DNA of 64,000 bases from Sulfolobales archaeon HS-7. Lineage in GTDB: Archaea; Thermoproteota; Thermoprotei_A; Sulfolobales; Sulfolobaceae. Below the pieces are notes generated by a model that saw only the letters and a list, made by a program, of their open reading frames with translations, ran no database searches and had not been told where the DNA came from. The stretch covers positions 384,001-448,000 of the forward strand of contig AP024596.1 of assembly GCA_019704295.1 (NCBI GenBank), in the 5' to 3' direction. A program made the translations under genes and the position numbers. Below are positions 52,172 through 62,567 of the stretch, piece by piece (the stretch's first letter is position 1; the number at the start of each line of letters is the position of its first letter).

Positions 52172-53156
52172 ACTTAATTATTGCCTTTATGACATTTCCT
52201 TTCTTCGCCTCATCGACGGCAAGAAAGAATTCATCTAAGGAAAATTCGTGAGTAATAATTTTTTCGAATTGAATTTTTCCCTCGACCAGTAAATCTAGTG
52301 CGGACTTGGTGTCCTCCTCCACAGCAGCGTTACTTGAGATTAGGGATATTTCATTATTTAAGAGGTATTCGGGGGAAACCACTGCCTGTTTGTAAGGCAC
52401 CCCAAAGAGGAGTACCTTTCCCCCTCTTCTAACGGATTTTATAGCGGACTCTATCGCTGCCGGAACTCCAGAAGCTATTATTGCAACGTCAGCTCCCCTC
52501 CCATCAGTTAAGGATCTGACCTCAGTATCTACATCCTTTGCGTTTATTGTAATTCCACCTAATCTCTCTGCAAAGGAAAGTCTATATTCGCTTACATCCG
52601 ATATTATTACGGTCCCATACTGCTTGGCTAACAAAAGATGAAGATCTCCCATAGGACCTGCGCCCGATATGAAAATTGTATCCCCCTTCACCATTCCAAG
52701 TCTCCTCTGAGCCCTTATTACCGTGGCTAAAGGTTCTATTAGAGTACCCTTCTCGAAACTAAGATTGGACGGTAGCTTTAAGACTCCTAGTAAATTTTCC
52801 TTTGGAACTCTGAAGTACTCTGAAAATCCCCCAGGAAAGATATTGGTCCTCCTATACTGAGGACACATCGTAGGACTTCCGTGAGCACAGTAATAACAAG
52901 TGTAGTCTGGGACATGATGATGAACGAAAACCCTATCACCAGGCTCGAAGAGTTCCGTTTTACTCTCCGCTACAACTCCGGCTGGTTCATGGCCCAGTAT
53001 TGGTAGTGACGCGGTATACTCCCCTGACATTTTTTCTAGGTCAGTTCCGCAAAGTCCACATGCCTTCATCTGAATCAAAAGTTCATTATTCCCTATTTTA
53101 GGTACCTCTGTATCTAATAGGCGCGTCCCTTCCTGTGTAATAACTACAGCTTTCAC
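52164..53156 (-). CDS. zinc-dependent alcohol/polyol dehydrogenase (MDR family)
   Basis: [11 protein letters not shown], structural Zn DxxCxxC..C, EPLA, GAGPMG; start moved to GTG (VKAVV). Confidence 0.9.
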   Translation of the reverse strand: MKAVVITQEGTRLLDTEVPKIGNNELLIQMKACGLCGTDLEKMSGEYTASLPILGHEPAGVVAESKTELFEPGDRVFVHHHVPDYTCYYCAHGSPTMCPQYRRTNIFPGGFSEYFRVPKENLLGVLKLPSNLSFEKGTLIEPLATVIRAQRRLGMVKGDTIFISGAGPMGDLHLLLAKQYGTVIISDVSEYRLSFAERLGGITINAKDVDTEVRSLTDGRGADVAIIASGVPAAIESAIKSVRRGGKVLLFGVPYKQAVVSPEYLLNNEISLISSNAAVEEDTKSALDLLVEGKIQFEKIITHEFSLDEFFLAVDEAKKGNVIKAIIKSS

Positions 53157-53242
53157 AGGTATGATCTTTCGATACTTATTATAAATGTGAGTGGGTTTAC
53201 CGAAACTGGAACCCTTATAAACACTCAAGTTGAATAATACTT

Positions 53243-53869
53243 GTGCTACAATCACTCATTGAACTTGTATTAATCTGTTCGTCTATAACTAACCCTGCGA
53301 CTTATCTTTTGACACCAGTCGTAGTTGATAAATTGTGGGATACACAGAAGGATGAATACGTGGAGGGAATTTTCAGGAAAATTACAGAAAAGACAGGAGT
53401 AAAAGCTTCTAAAATTGTAATTACGCAAAGAGGTGAGCCTAATGCGTTTGCAATCGAATCATGGAAGAACGAAATAATAGTCGCAGGAGGCCTTGAGAAA
53501 AGGACAAGTGAGGGAGAACTTGAGGCAATTCTGCTTCACGAGATAGCCCATATAGAGAAGAGACATTCGCTAAAGAGAACTCTATTAAGAGAGTTAATTC
53601 TCCTAAGTTCCCTAGTAATTCTGTTTCTGAATTATCAGGTGGAATTACTCCTATTCATTATGTTGCTCTTATTCGTCACGGATATAGAGTATTCTAAGAA
53701 AACGGAACTAGATGCTGATAGAATGTCGGCAGAGCTCACTAAACCTGAGAACTTAGTCAGTGCAATAAAGAAGTTCTCCGTAAGCGAACCTTTTTTCTCC
53801 ACCCATCCGAGCTCCGAAAAGAGAGTCTCAATGATAGAATCTAGAGTAAGAACGTCTTCCCAATCATAG
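53243..53869 (+). CDS. M48 family zinc metalloprotease (HtpX-like)
   Basis: PNAFA, HEIAH, ELDAD, FSTHPSSEKR. Confidence 0.9.
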   Translation: MLQSLIELVLICSSITNPATYLLTPVVVDKLWDTQKDEYVEGIFRKITEKTGVKASKIVITQRGEPNAFAIESWKNEIIVAGGLEKRTSEGELEAILLHEIAHIEKRHSLKRTLLRELILLSSLVILFLNYQVELLLFIMLLLFVTDIEYSKKTELDADRMSAELTKPENLVSAIKKFSVSEPFFSTHPSSEKRVSMIESRVRTSSQS

Positions 53870-54312
53870 CATGGGTTGCTTTTAGATTTACTGTCTTACG
53901 GATTGACCTGTATCTAACTTAACATAATCAATTAAGCTGCGGAGTTAGCTACTTTTTAAAGTTTTTCAGAAAAATTTCTTGGAAAAAATTATGATAATAA
54001 ATTCTCAAGAGCTACTCATGGATCCGGAGAATTACGTTCATGACATTGCTTAGTAACCTCTCCTCCATAAGTCATTACGGAGTGGTTTAGTGGAACATCT
54101 GACGAGGAATCGTAGTTTCTCCGGGAAGCATGAGACCGTAGGCTAATTATATTAAGATAGTAAAAGTTTTCCAAATTTTAAACTGTGAGAAGCACCTCCC
54201 TACTTTTAGGGATTTGTATGTACTTCTAGGAGAACATGTGAAGCGATAAATTCCAATATCTATATCTAAAAATATTATTCACGTTACTAAAGTAAAATTT
54301 TTAAGGTCGCTT

Positions 54313-54900
54313 TTAATGAAAATGTGACGTATTAAGGGAATTAAGCCATTCTGAGATTATGTTATCTATCTCTTTGTATTGCGATCTCATTGGAGAATGT
54401 TTCATGTCTATGATTTGAAGTTGACACCTCCCTCCACTTTCTCTAATTTTCTCGCATAGAATCTCGCTTTGTCGTTGTTGCACTATATCATCCCTTGTTC
54501 CGTGGATTAGCAGGACATCTTTCAAGCCTTTAACGTAGTTTATCGGTGAAGTATTTCGCAGATACTCCTCTCCTAGACTTGATAGATATTCGTAGTTTCT
54601 ATGTTGTGGAGTTCCTGATGGGAAAGTACTTAAGTAATGTAATTGGAGTAATCTATCAGCAGGAGGTGATACGGCAATAACGGGAATCACCTTTTTCGAA
54701 CCCAGAATTAAGGCAGATGCTCCACCCCTTGAATGGCCTGCTACAAGATCGCAGTTAAATGACGAGTATTTTTCAACGGTTTCCATTATCTCCTCGTCAA
54801 CCTTAGGAACGTAAACTTCACCATACTTCCTCAGAGGTTCCGACAGCCATTCTATCTTCTCAGGTGAGGAATTCAAACCGTGAATAACTAAAATTTTCAT
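54313..54900 (-). CDS. alpha/beta hydrolase
   Basis: IHGL, GHSRGG nucleophile elbow, IHGTRDDIV, C-terminal His. Confidence 0.9.
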   Translation of the reverse strand: MKILVIHGLNSSPEKIEWLSEPLRKYGEVYVPKVDEEIMETVEKYSSFNCDLVAGHSRGGASALILGSKKVIPVIAVSPPADRLLQLHYLSTFPSGTPQHRNYEYLSSLGEEYLRNTSPINYVKGLKDVLLIHGTRDDIVQQRQSEILCEKIRESGGRCQLQIIDMKHSPMRSQYKEIDNIISEWLNSLNTSHFH

Positions 54901-54963
54901 ACCTTAAATGTATTGCTAGCAGAATAAATTCCGCATCGTTGATGGTGGAAAAAGCGCCACTAT

Positions 54964-55767
54964 TTAGCCCAAGGCAATAATAAGAGCGCTAATGCTTATA
55001 GCGACAATTCCCAAGACGAAGTCTACTGTATAGATAGAGTTTCTTCTGGCAAAAGATAATAGCAATTTTATTGTAGCTAATCCGGTAAGGAATGCCGCAA
55101 TAATCGAAACTCCCAGACCTAAAGGAGAAAGGGAATGGATGGCAACGTCAAGTATTTTCCTTTGTAGAAAAATCGTTGCTCCTGTTGCGCCTAAAGCAGC
55201 AGGTATATACGCGAGGTAAGAGTACCTAAATGCCTGTTCTGGTTTATATCCTAGAATTAGCATAGTTGATACCGTCATTCCAGATCTACTAACTCCTGGC
55301 AATGCTGCTAGTCCCTGCATAACACCAATTAGGAACATATCCCTTAATGATAAGTTCTTTCCATTAATGAGGTTCCTCCTAAGTCTAGAAAACCTTATGT
55401 AAATTCCGTCCGCAATCAGAATAATGCCCAATATAAGCATAGGATAACCTACGTTATACTGATTGTAAAGTACTTTTGTTGAGATTAAAAACAAAGGAAC
55501 TCCTATTATTCCAGTTATAACTGTAACAACTATCAAAAATGTCAACAGATTCCTGTCTTTGAACACGTTCTTTATGTCGTTTCTGAAGTACACTGCAGCC
55601 GAACCAACCGAACCGATTTCCATGAATAGACCAAACACGTAAGCACTACTTACGGTAATATCAAGGAGGAAGGTAGATGCTAGCAAAACCTGAGTTTTAC
55701 TGCTTATTGGAAGCCATTCTGCTACTCCTTGAATGATCCCGATAATTATAGCTCCTATTAAGTTCAT
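54964..55767 (-). CDS. uppP: polyprenyl-diphosphate phosphatase (UppP/BacA family)
   Basis: GIIQGVAEWLPISSK, QGLAALPGVSRSGMT, AFRYSYLAYIP. Confidence 0.92.
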   Translation of the reverse strand: MNLIGAIIIGIIQGVAEWLPISSKTQVLLASTFLLDITVSSAYVFGLFMEIGSVGSAAVYFRNDIKNVFKDRNLLTFLIVVTVITGIIGVPLFLISTKVLYNQYNVGYPMLILGIILIADGIYIRFSRLRRNLINGKNLSLRDMFLIGVMQGLAALPGVSRSGMTVSTMLILGYKPEQAFRYSYLAYIPAALGATGATIFLQRKILDVAIHSLSPLGLGVSIIAAFLTGLATIKLLLSFARRNSIYTVDFVLGIVAISISALIIALG

Positions 55768-55899
55768 AAGTGAGAAGGGGAAACAGTTCTTATATCACTC
55801 CTCTATATATTTTAAGTAGGAAAAATAGAGAATATACAGTATATAGGCCCATCAGGCAGTAAGCATTCTTATCTCTATCGTTCTTTACTAGAGAAAAAC

Positions 55900-56230
55900 A
55901 TTTAGGAGGTTTAATGGACTACCCAGTCCTCACAAACGTGCCATCTACGCACCCCGATAGAGATTCTCTGCTTCTCAGAGAAACCTAGGTCTTGATTCAC
56001 TCACAGCAGAGGTTCCATTGTACGGAACCGTTCTGTCATCTCAGTGTGGAAGAGAGGTTATTGAGGGTTTTCTCTCCACAGGCTTAAGTTTCCCCAGTCC
56101 AGAGGGTACTAACCCAGATCTTAAAGCCAGAGTCCAAAAATTTTACAAAGAGGTATAAAAACGTTTCTATAAGGGGGACTATACATCAGCTCCTTACTGA
56201 AGGGGTCCTCAGCCAGCCTGCCCTCTAAGC
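55900..56230. mobile_element. ORF-less IS200/IS605-family end remnant
   Basis: GGTTCC..GGAACC hairpin, GGAAGAGAGGTTATT..TCTCC, and AAAACGTTTCTATAAGGGGGACTAT..GAAGGGGTC terminal motif, recalled as typical of Sulfolobales tnpB flanks. Confidence 0.55.
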
Positions 56231-56292
56231 GTAGGTTGCTATTTACACTAGATACCGTAGAGGTTTTAATTTTCTATGAGGGACAGATTGCG

Positions 56293-57267
56293 ATGAGAAT
56301 TCTCGTAATTGGAGGGGGAATTGCAGGCTCATCAGTAGCATTACTTCTTAGGCAGAGGGGAATAGATGTTACTATTATAGATGAGGGAAAACCCCGAGTG
56401 AACTCAGTTCTGATCCACTCCTTACTCCTTAAGGACGAAGACGTAAATCTCGCAAAGAGAACCTTGGAGCTATATAAAAAGTGGAATATCATACTTAGGG
56501 AGTACAAGTCATATACTATAGGAAATATAGACGAAAGATACTTAGATCAGTGGCATGAGGCGGGAGTGAAAGTAAGGAGGATTTCGATTAGGGAGCTAGG
56601 AGCAGAGGCTTATGAAGCAGTGGGAGGAGATAGATTAGTGAATATAGGGAAATTAATTACCTTGTCTTCTCCTATTCGAGCCAAAGTAAAGCTTACAATA
56701 GAAAACAACACTGCCTCAATACAAGGGGTCAGTTCTAACTTTGACGTAATAGTTCTAGCTTCTGGTGCGTGGAACGGTCAAATGATTAACGCGCCCTTAA
56801 AGTCTTATTACTGCTGGGCTTCCCTTGCAATTACTAATGCGTTTGCAGGAAGCAATATAATTTACGACTATGAGCTCGGTTTCTATTCCAGACCATTTAT
56901 CGGAGAGGGTTTACCACTGTCGATTGTTGGGGACGGAGAGGTTCTAGAATGTCCTCCGAAGAAAGTTCCAAAATTCTCCATTTTTAACGTAATAACCAAG
57001 GTTAACATGAGGTTTCGAGCAATACCCATTATAGTGGGAGGAAACTTCTGTGAAGGCACACCAGATATGCGACCTGTTTACGGTAAAGTACTCGAAAATT
57101 TGTACTTTATTGGAGGGTTAAACGGTTACGGTGCAGAAGTAGGACCTGCAGTTGCTGAAATGTTAGTTAACTACATAATTGATGGATTTGAGGATAAAAG
57201 GTACTCTTTGGGAAGATTTAACGACACAGGAGAATTCTCTCTAGGTAGAGAAGCTCATGAGTTTTAA
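56293..57267 (+). CDS. FAD-dependent oxidoreductase (DAO/glycine oxidase family)
   Basis: VIGGGIAG, VLASGAW, TPDMRP, GGLNGYG..GPAVAE. Confidence 0.88.
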   Translation: MRILVIGGGIAGSSVALLLRQRGIDVTIIDEGKPRVNSVLIHSLLLKDEDVNLAKRTLELYKKWNIILREYKSYTIGNIDERYLDQWHEAGVKVRRISIRELGAEAYEAVGGDRLVNIGKLITLSSPIRAKVKLTIENNTASIQGVSSNFDVIVLASGAWNGQMINAPLKSYYCWASLAITNAFAGSNIIYDYELGFYSRPFIGEGLPLSIVGDGEVLECPPKKVPKFSIFNVITKVNMRFRAIPIIVGGNFCEGTPDMRPVYGKVLENLYFIGGLNGYGAEVGPAVAEMLVNYIIDGFEDKRYSLGRFNDTGEFSLGREAHEF

Positions 57268-57834
57268 CAAAGTTCCTCTTAGAAATTAGTTTAAGGGACC
57301 ACGCTACTCTTTGTTTTATTATTGAACAGGATCACTTCTATAACCAAAATACAGATAGTTCAAACATTTTCCTCAATTTCAGGTTTTACTACTAAACAAA
57401 AATCAAATAATGACTTAGAATTTCACTATTCCCATAACTAGTGACACTAATTTCGTAAAGTATAGAAAAGTGTCCAAGATTTTTCAGAGAAGAAGTGTCA
57501 TCTCGCGTAGTTCGAGTATGGGGGATCACGTTAATACAAAACGTGAATCAACCTTAAGACAGGACCTCCTATCCAACCGTCGGCGGTGCGATCATGCACT
57601 AAGCTTCTTCACATCAACCTCGCCGTAAATCTCAGTTACATTCCCTTCATTAGCAACTATTATCGCCAATATATTTCACTAAAGCCTAGTCACCTTAATC
57701 CTGACTGATTTCCCCCATTAATGTGAAACGAGGGAAAATGGTAGAAAGCCCAAATCCCATGCTAAATTGGAATACGGAAAATCCGTAAAAAGTGAGATAA
57801 TAGTTAAGGAAAAGTTTTTATTTTTCTCGTCATT

Positions 57835-58680
57835 TTGATAACACAGTTAGAGGTTTGGGAGAGTGGAATAGTTACACACACCCTTTGCAAGGGCCGTGTG
57901 AAAGGTCCTTGTGGTAGGGTGTATTTAGACTTCAGGCCGAGGTATCTCCCTATAGCCTACCCGTTAGGGAACGCGTCGGCCTTTAAAGGCGCGGTAATGT
58001 TGGTTCTGGAAGGGAGTAGTATAAGGTCTTCTATAAAAGTACCACCAAACTTAGACATTATAAGGAAGGCGGCCATTAAATATAAGCCAGATACAGTGGT
58101 TTTTGACCCATTCATAGCAGGAAGAATGACAGATAAGACTGTCTTCAAAGTCATGAGAGAGATAAGTGAACAGATAGGTGCAAATTTTGTATTTAACGAT
58201 AGCGAAACCTACCTTTTCGATGAATTTGGATCAGTCGGTTTTTACACCTCATATGAAATACCAGTCATACGTAAGGTTAACAAAAAACTAATAGCCTTTG
58301 GCATTAAGAACGAGGAGGAGGAAAAAGTAGATTTAGAGCCTTATGATAACACATATGCAAATGCCAGTAAATTTGGTTCTATGTTAAGAAAAAGGTTCCA
58401 CGAAACCATGGATGGGATGGTAAATGTGCTTGGTGCAGGAAACATTATATCAATATATATAGGACCTAAGATAAGGCAATTCAGAGATCTGATATTTGTT
58501 AATCATGAAGCAATGAGACAACTGTCGTTAGCTTTAATTTTAAATGGAGTAATGGCGCACCCTGCTAAAATATTTATTGCGCCTTGTCACACCGAAGATG
58601 ACATTAACGTATTAGCGGAAAAGATTGAAAAAATAGTTCCAACAATTCTAGAGTTGAAGGCAGGAATACCGAAGTCATAG
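57835..58680 (+). CDS. divergent class-III aminotransferase / GSA aminomutase-like protein
   Basis: G..YLDF N-terminus, VVFDP, LREI..IGANFVFND, LILNGV..P..IFIAPCHTEDDI; shortened. Confidence 0.55.
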   Translation: MITQLEVWESGIVTHTLCKGRVKGPCGRVYLDFRPRYLPIAYPLGNASAFKGAVMLVLEGSSIRSSIKVPPNLDIIRKAAIKYKPDTVVFDPFIAGRMTDKTVFKVMREISEQIGANFVFNDSETYLFDEFGSVGFYTSYEIPVIRKVNKKLIAFGIKNEEEEKVDLEPYDNTYANASKFGSMLRKRFHETMDGMVNVLGAGNIISIYIGPKIRQFRDLIFVNHEAMRQLSLALILNGVMAHPAKIFIAPCHTEDDINVLAEKIEKIVPTILELKAGIPKS

Positions 58681-59150
58681 AGATTTTATCTCTTAGATTT
58701 GAGTAAGAGATTATCGTTAACAATAATGCAAAACTCATTTTCATATAAGTAATTCAATACAATTGTTTCCCGAGTTTAGGCGATTCTAACGTTTTCTTGA
58801 TAAAGCGATTAAAAAAATCATTTTAATTCCAATATTACTGTTTCAATACACTTGAGTTGAATTTAGGGAGATATAATAGTGTAACGGTCCACGAAAGGAC
58901 GCGACAGGACTTCTCCGAATTTCAAGCGCTAAATTAAAGACATTCGATTCCAGCAATCTCTTCCAAATAACGTAGTTCCCTATAGATTTTTGCTTTCTAA
59001 GGAGTGGCGCGTTCCCTTAACTTCATTAATCAAGGTGAGTACCGAAGAGCAAAAATTCGACCCCCAAATTTAAAGTACGGAGCTGAACAAAGCCTAGAAA
59101 GTGTCGTAACAAATGATAATTGCTCTAAGCGTGAGATGAAACCTTCACAC

Positions 59151-61481
59151 TTACCACCAAATAAGTCTTCTCATTATTTGAAAATCCAATTCATTAACGT
59201 CAATTGTAGAACCGTCAATAAAGTCAATTTTTGTGCCTATGATTGATCTTATCCATTTCCCCGTAACAAGGGATAAGGTTTCCGGCAAATCTACGTTATT
59301 TAATTCCTCTAGTTTTAACTTAACCTTATCTTTGCCCATTTCTACCAAACTAAGTAGTTTCGGATCTCTAAGGAACTCATATTTAAAGAACTTCCCCGAA
59401 GTATGATTTAGGTAGATAGAGCTTCTCAATATATCTTCGAACTGTTCCAGCTCGTAATACTTAAAGAATCCCTCAGTTTTTCCCCTATTGTAAAATCTCT
59501 TTATGTCCTCATCCGAAGATATGCCAGAACTGTCAAAGAACAAGACCTTTTTCATTCTAGGCAATACTACAGAGTAAAAGTGATCTCCCATCTCTATCCC
59601 AATCCACCTTCTCCTGAGTTTCTGAGCCACGGCAGTAGTTGTTCCTGATCCGAGGAAGAAATCCATAATAATGTCCCCTTCGTCCGTGGTTGACAAAATT
59701 ACCCTTTTAAGAAGGCTCTCAGAGTTTTCGGTTTCAAATCCCCATCTCCTTGAATAGCCTGGAATATCAGTCCAGTTATTTTTAACCACCGTGTCACTAG
59801 GGTAGTAATACACTTTGTCACCTACTACCTTTAACCTTCTCTCTCTCTCCAAGTAATTTATTTGTTCTTGGGTAAGTCCCCACTTCCTACCATGAGGACA
59901 TCTCATCCTACTTCCCAACACCACTCTGAACTCGTCCTCTTCGTCCTTAGGTTTCCCAGGCAAAAAGGGCTCCCACCACTTACCCATGCGGGGAATAGAA
60001 AGTTCTCTGAACTTAGGGGCGTTTGTTTTAGACCAGTAAAACAGAGTATCTGTATCTACCATGAAACGCTTTATGTTCCTCGCTGATTTGTAGAACTCTT
60101 TAGTTCTGCTTATTACAATCTCGTTCCTAAAATTATCCTTACCGAAGATTTCGTCTCCTAACATCCTTACATATGCGTTACCGTTATAATCACACCGTAT
60201 GAAAATTCCCCCATCATCCCTCAGTATTTCCTTTGCAAGAACTAACCTGTTTTCCAGCATAGTAATCCAAGTGGAGTCCTTATATTTGACGCTATAGAAG
60301 TAATCAGCTTCTTGTTCCTTGTTAAACGGAGGATCTATGTATATAGTTTGAACTCTGCGTTGGAATTTTTGCCTTAATGTGTTGAGAGCCTGATAATTTT
60401 CAGATTTTATGAGCCATCCATCAAGTTCTGAATCAATATTGAAAAGTGAAATGATGTCCTCTTCGACATCCTTAAAATACTTTGTATCTATTGGTAGAGT
60501 TAGGTAATTACCATCCCTTATTTCATTGGCTATTTCCTGGGCTGTATGCGAAATGAAACCAAGTTCTAGCCATTCCTTTACTTGAAGAGGGAAATTCCCA
60601 TGAGTAAGGATCTTCTCTAGTACCCTTTTTCCCCCTTCCTTCCTCAAAATCTTATTAATGGTCACGACGTAGTTTGATTTAAGTACGAAGCGGGGCTTAT
60701 TCCACATTTTTACAAGTTCTTCCTCAAAATTAGCCACTACGTCGATAACCTTTTCAGCCACATGAAGTAGAACTTCCAATTCCTCAATTCTAGACTTATC
60801 AAGAACAGTTCTACTATCAAGGAGATACTGATAAATCCAGATTTTAAGCTGTTCCTCTAAAAAACCACGAGGGTCCTTTGCTAGGAAGTAGTCGATATTG
60901 CTCTGTCTCTCAAAGGTCTTAATAGCTCTCTTGATTAAATCTTGATTAACGTTTAATAACGCCTCACTCGAGTTAATTTCCTCGTCTGACGAATTTACAC
61001 ATATCTCCACAACATTCTCCCTAACTCCACATATCCTATAGCGTAATTTTCCACCCTTAGAGCTATTCACCTTAAACTCAAACTCAACGGGATTAGAGGT
61101 TTCATCGAGTATCACCTTCATCGATTTAAGAACTCTTTCTGACTTTATGTAGTACAAACCTCGAGTTTTCCAAAAGAGAGCTACGTCCTCTCCAAATGCG
61201 TATATCCTGTCGTAAACTGAATATGAATCGGTATTGCAAAGGAAAACTGTCCCAGTCTCACAGAAGTATTTGAAGAAGAAGGTGTACAATTTTGAAAATA
61301 CCTCTTCTCTCAACTCCCTTTTCAGGTTAGAATCGGCATAATTTCTTATCTCCTGAATCGCGTTAAGGAAATACTCTCTCTTCATCCTCATTAAGCGAAT
61401 AAGGGGATCGTTACCTTCCACTTTTTCGCCAACAAATATTTCAGTAAGTTTGGAGAAGAAATCCTCATTGCTATGAGGCAA
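59151..61481 (-). CDS. type III R-M Mod-like (beta-class amino) DNA methyltransferase
   Basis: LIKSENYQAL, IYIDPPFN (motif IV), FRNEIV, DFFLGSGTT (motif I), RWIGIE; long N-terminal extension with LFWKT..LYYIKS. Confidence 0.9.
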   Translation of the reverse strand: MPHSNEDFFSKLTEIFVGEKVEGNDPLIRLMRMKREYFLNAIQEIRNYADSNLKRELREEVFSKLYTFFFKYFCETGTVFLCNTDSYSVYDRIYAFGEDVALFWKTRGLYYIKSERVLKSMKVILDETSNPVEFEFKVNSSKGGKLRYRICGVRENVVEICVNSSDEEINSSEALLNVNQDLIKRAIKTFERQSNIDYFLAKDPRGFLEEQLKIWIYQYLLDSRTVLDKSRIEELEVLLHVAEKVIDVVANFEEELVKMWNKPRFVLKSNYVVTINKILRKEGGKRVLEKILTHGNFPLQVKEWLELGFISHTAQEIANEIRDGNYLTLPIDTKYFKDVEEDIISLFNIDSELDGWLIKSENYQALNTLRQKFQRRVQTIYIDPPFNKEQEADYFYSVKYKDSTWITMLENRLVLAKEILRDDGGIFIRCDYNGNAYVRMLGDEIFGKDNFRNEIVISRTKEFYKSARNIKRFMVDTDTLFYWSKTNAPKFRELSIPRMGKWWEPFLPGKPKDEEDEFRVVLGSRMRCPHGRKWGLTQEQINYLERERRLKVVGDKVYYYPSDTVVKNNWTDIPGYSRRWGFETENSESLLKRVILSTTDEGDIIMDFFLGSGTTTAVAQKLRRRWIGIEMGDHFYSVVLPRMKKVLFFDSSGISSDEDIKRFYNRGKTEGFFKYYELEQFEDILRSSIYLNHTSGKFFKYEFLRDPKLLSLVEMGKDKVKLKLEELNNVDLPETLSLVTGKWIRSIIGTKIDFIDGSTIDVNELDFQIMRRLIWW

Positions 61482-61586
61482 TGAATTCCCTATCTCATAG
61501 GGAATTTGTAAATTAATAAACCTTTACTGTCTTAAAAATCTCCCTAGGGGATAGTTCGTAAAATCTTCAGTAGGTTTAATATATAT

Positions 61587-62567
61587 TTGCGTCTAGTGGA
61601 GATCAGAATACCTGAATTGAAGCTTTTAATAATAGCAAGCGGAGGAGGGCATACGGGATTCGCCAGAGCCATTGCCCAATATCTTCCCTTTAAGGCGGAT
61701 TTCGTAATACCCTGTAACGACTCTACGAGTAAAAAAATGATAGAACCTTACGCTGACAAATTGGTTTGCGTAACCAAGTTAAGAATGCCAAATGAATCGT
61801 CACTTGTTATGATACCTCGAACTTTCACAGCGTTATCTCAATCTATAAGTCTTGACTCATATCAGACAGTTGTATCCACGGGAAGCAATCACTCTTTATT
61901 ACCATCATTAGTTGCCAGGATTAGGGGTTCTGAAATATTCGTAATAGAGAGTCAGGATAGGTTTCTGACACGGGGGAAAACAGTTTACCTACTCTCGCGA
62001 GTATCAAAAGAGGTGTTGTTACACTGGAAGGAACAGGAAAGCCTATATCCGTCTAAAGGAGTTCATGTTGGGCCGATAGTAGAGAGACCGAAATATCAAC
62101 CAAGAGATCAAGGATATTACCTAATAACGACGGGAAGTATGGGCTTTCCGAGACTTGTCAGAAGAGCACTTAGACTAAACTACGATTTCGTAATACAGGA
62201 TGCCACAGACCTAGAGGAGCTCAAAGGACATCCAAACTACTTCAAATTCGACCCAGACTTAGAGAAATGGATAGCTAATGCAACCGCGGTTATAACCCAT
62301 CAGGGGAAAACTGCAATGGAAGCAGTGGTTATGTACAGGAAACCTACACTCGTCGTGTATAATAAGGATTGGAAAAGTGCCACTACATTTAGGGATTCCA
62401 TGAAGTATGCGGAAGTTCTTGGCGCTGGATTCCTCCCAGATCCGGTGGATTGGAAGGATGACGAGCTTGATAAAGCATTAAAACAACTTTCAACTCCTAA
62501 GGAAATAGAACCCGGGACTCAGAATGCAGTCAAAAGAATTACTTCACAGAATAGTACTTCTCAATAA
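61587..62567 (+). CDS. agl24: Alg14/Alg13 (MurG)-like GlcNAc transferase of archaeal N-glycosylation, Agl24-like
   Basis: LIIASGGGHTGFARAIA, TGSNHS, IESQDR..TRGK, GPIVE.PKY, TTGSMG, ITHQGKTAME. Confidence 0.82.
   Translation: MRLVEIRIPELKLLIIASGGGHTGFARAIAQYLPFKADFVIPCNDSTSKKMIEPYADKLVCVTKLRMPNESSLVMIPRTFTALSQSISLDSYQTVVSTGSNHSLLPSLVARIRGSEIFVIESQDRFLTRGKTVYLLSRVSKEVLLHWKEQESLYPSKGVHVGPIVERPKYQPRDQGYYLITTGSMGFPRLVRRALRLNYDFVIQDATDLEELKGHPNYFKFDPDLEKWIANATAVITHQGKTAMEAVVMYRKPTLVVYNKDWKSATTFRDSMKYAEVLGAGFLPDPVDWKDDELDKALKQLSTPKEIEPGTQNAVKRITSQNSTSQ

Noticed and set aside
57480-57680. Possible PIN/toxin gene fragment on the minus strand
   Set aside because: Only a short LAIIVANEGNVTEIYG stretch; insufficient support.
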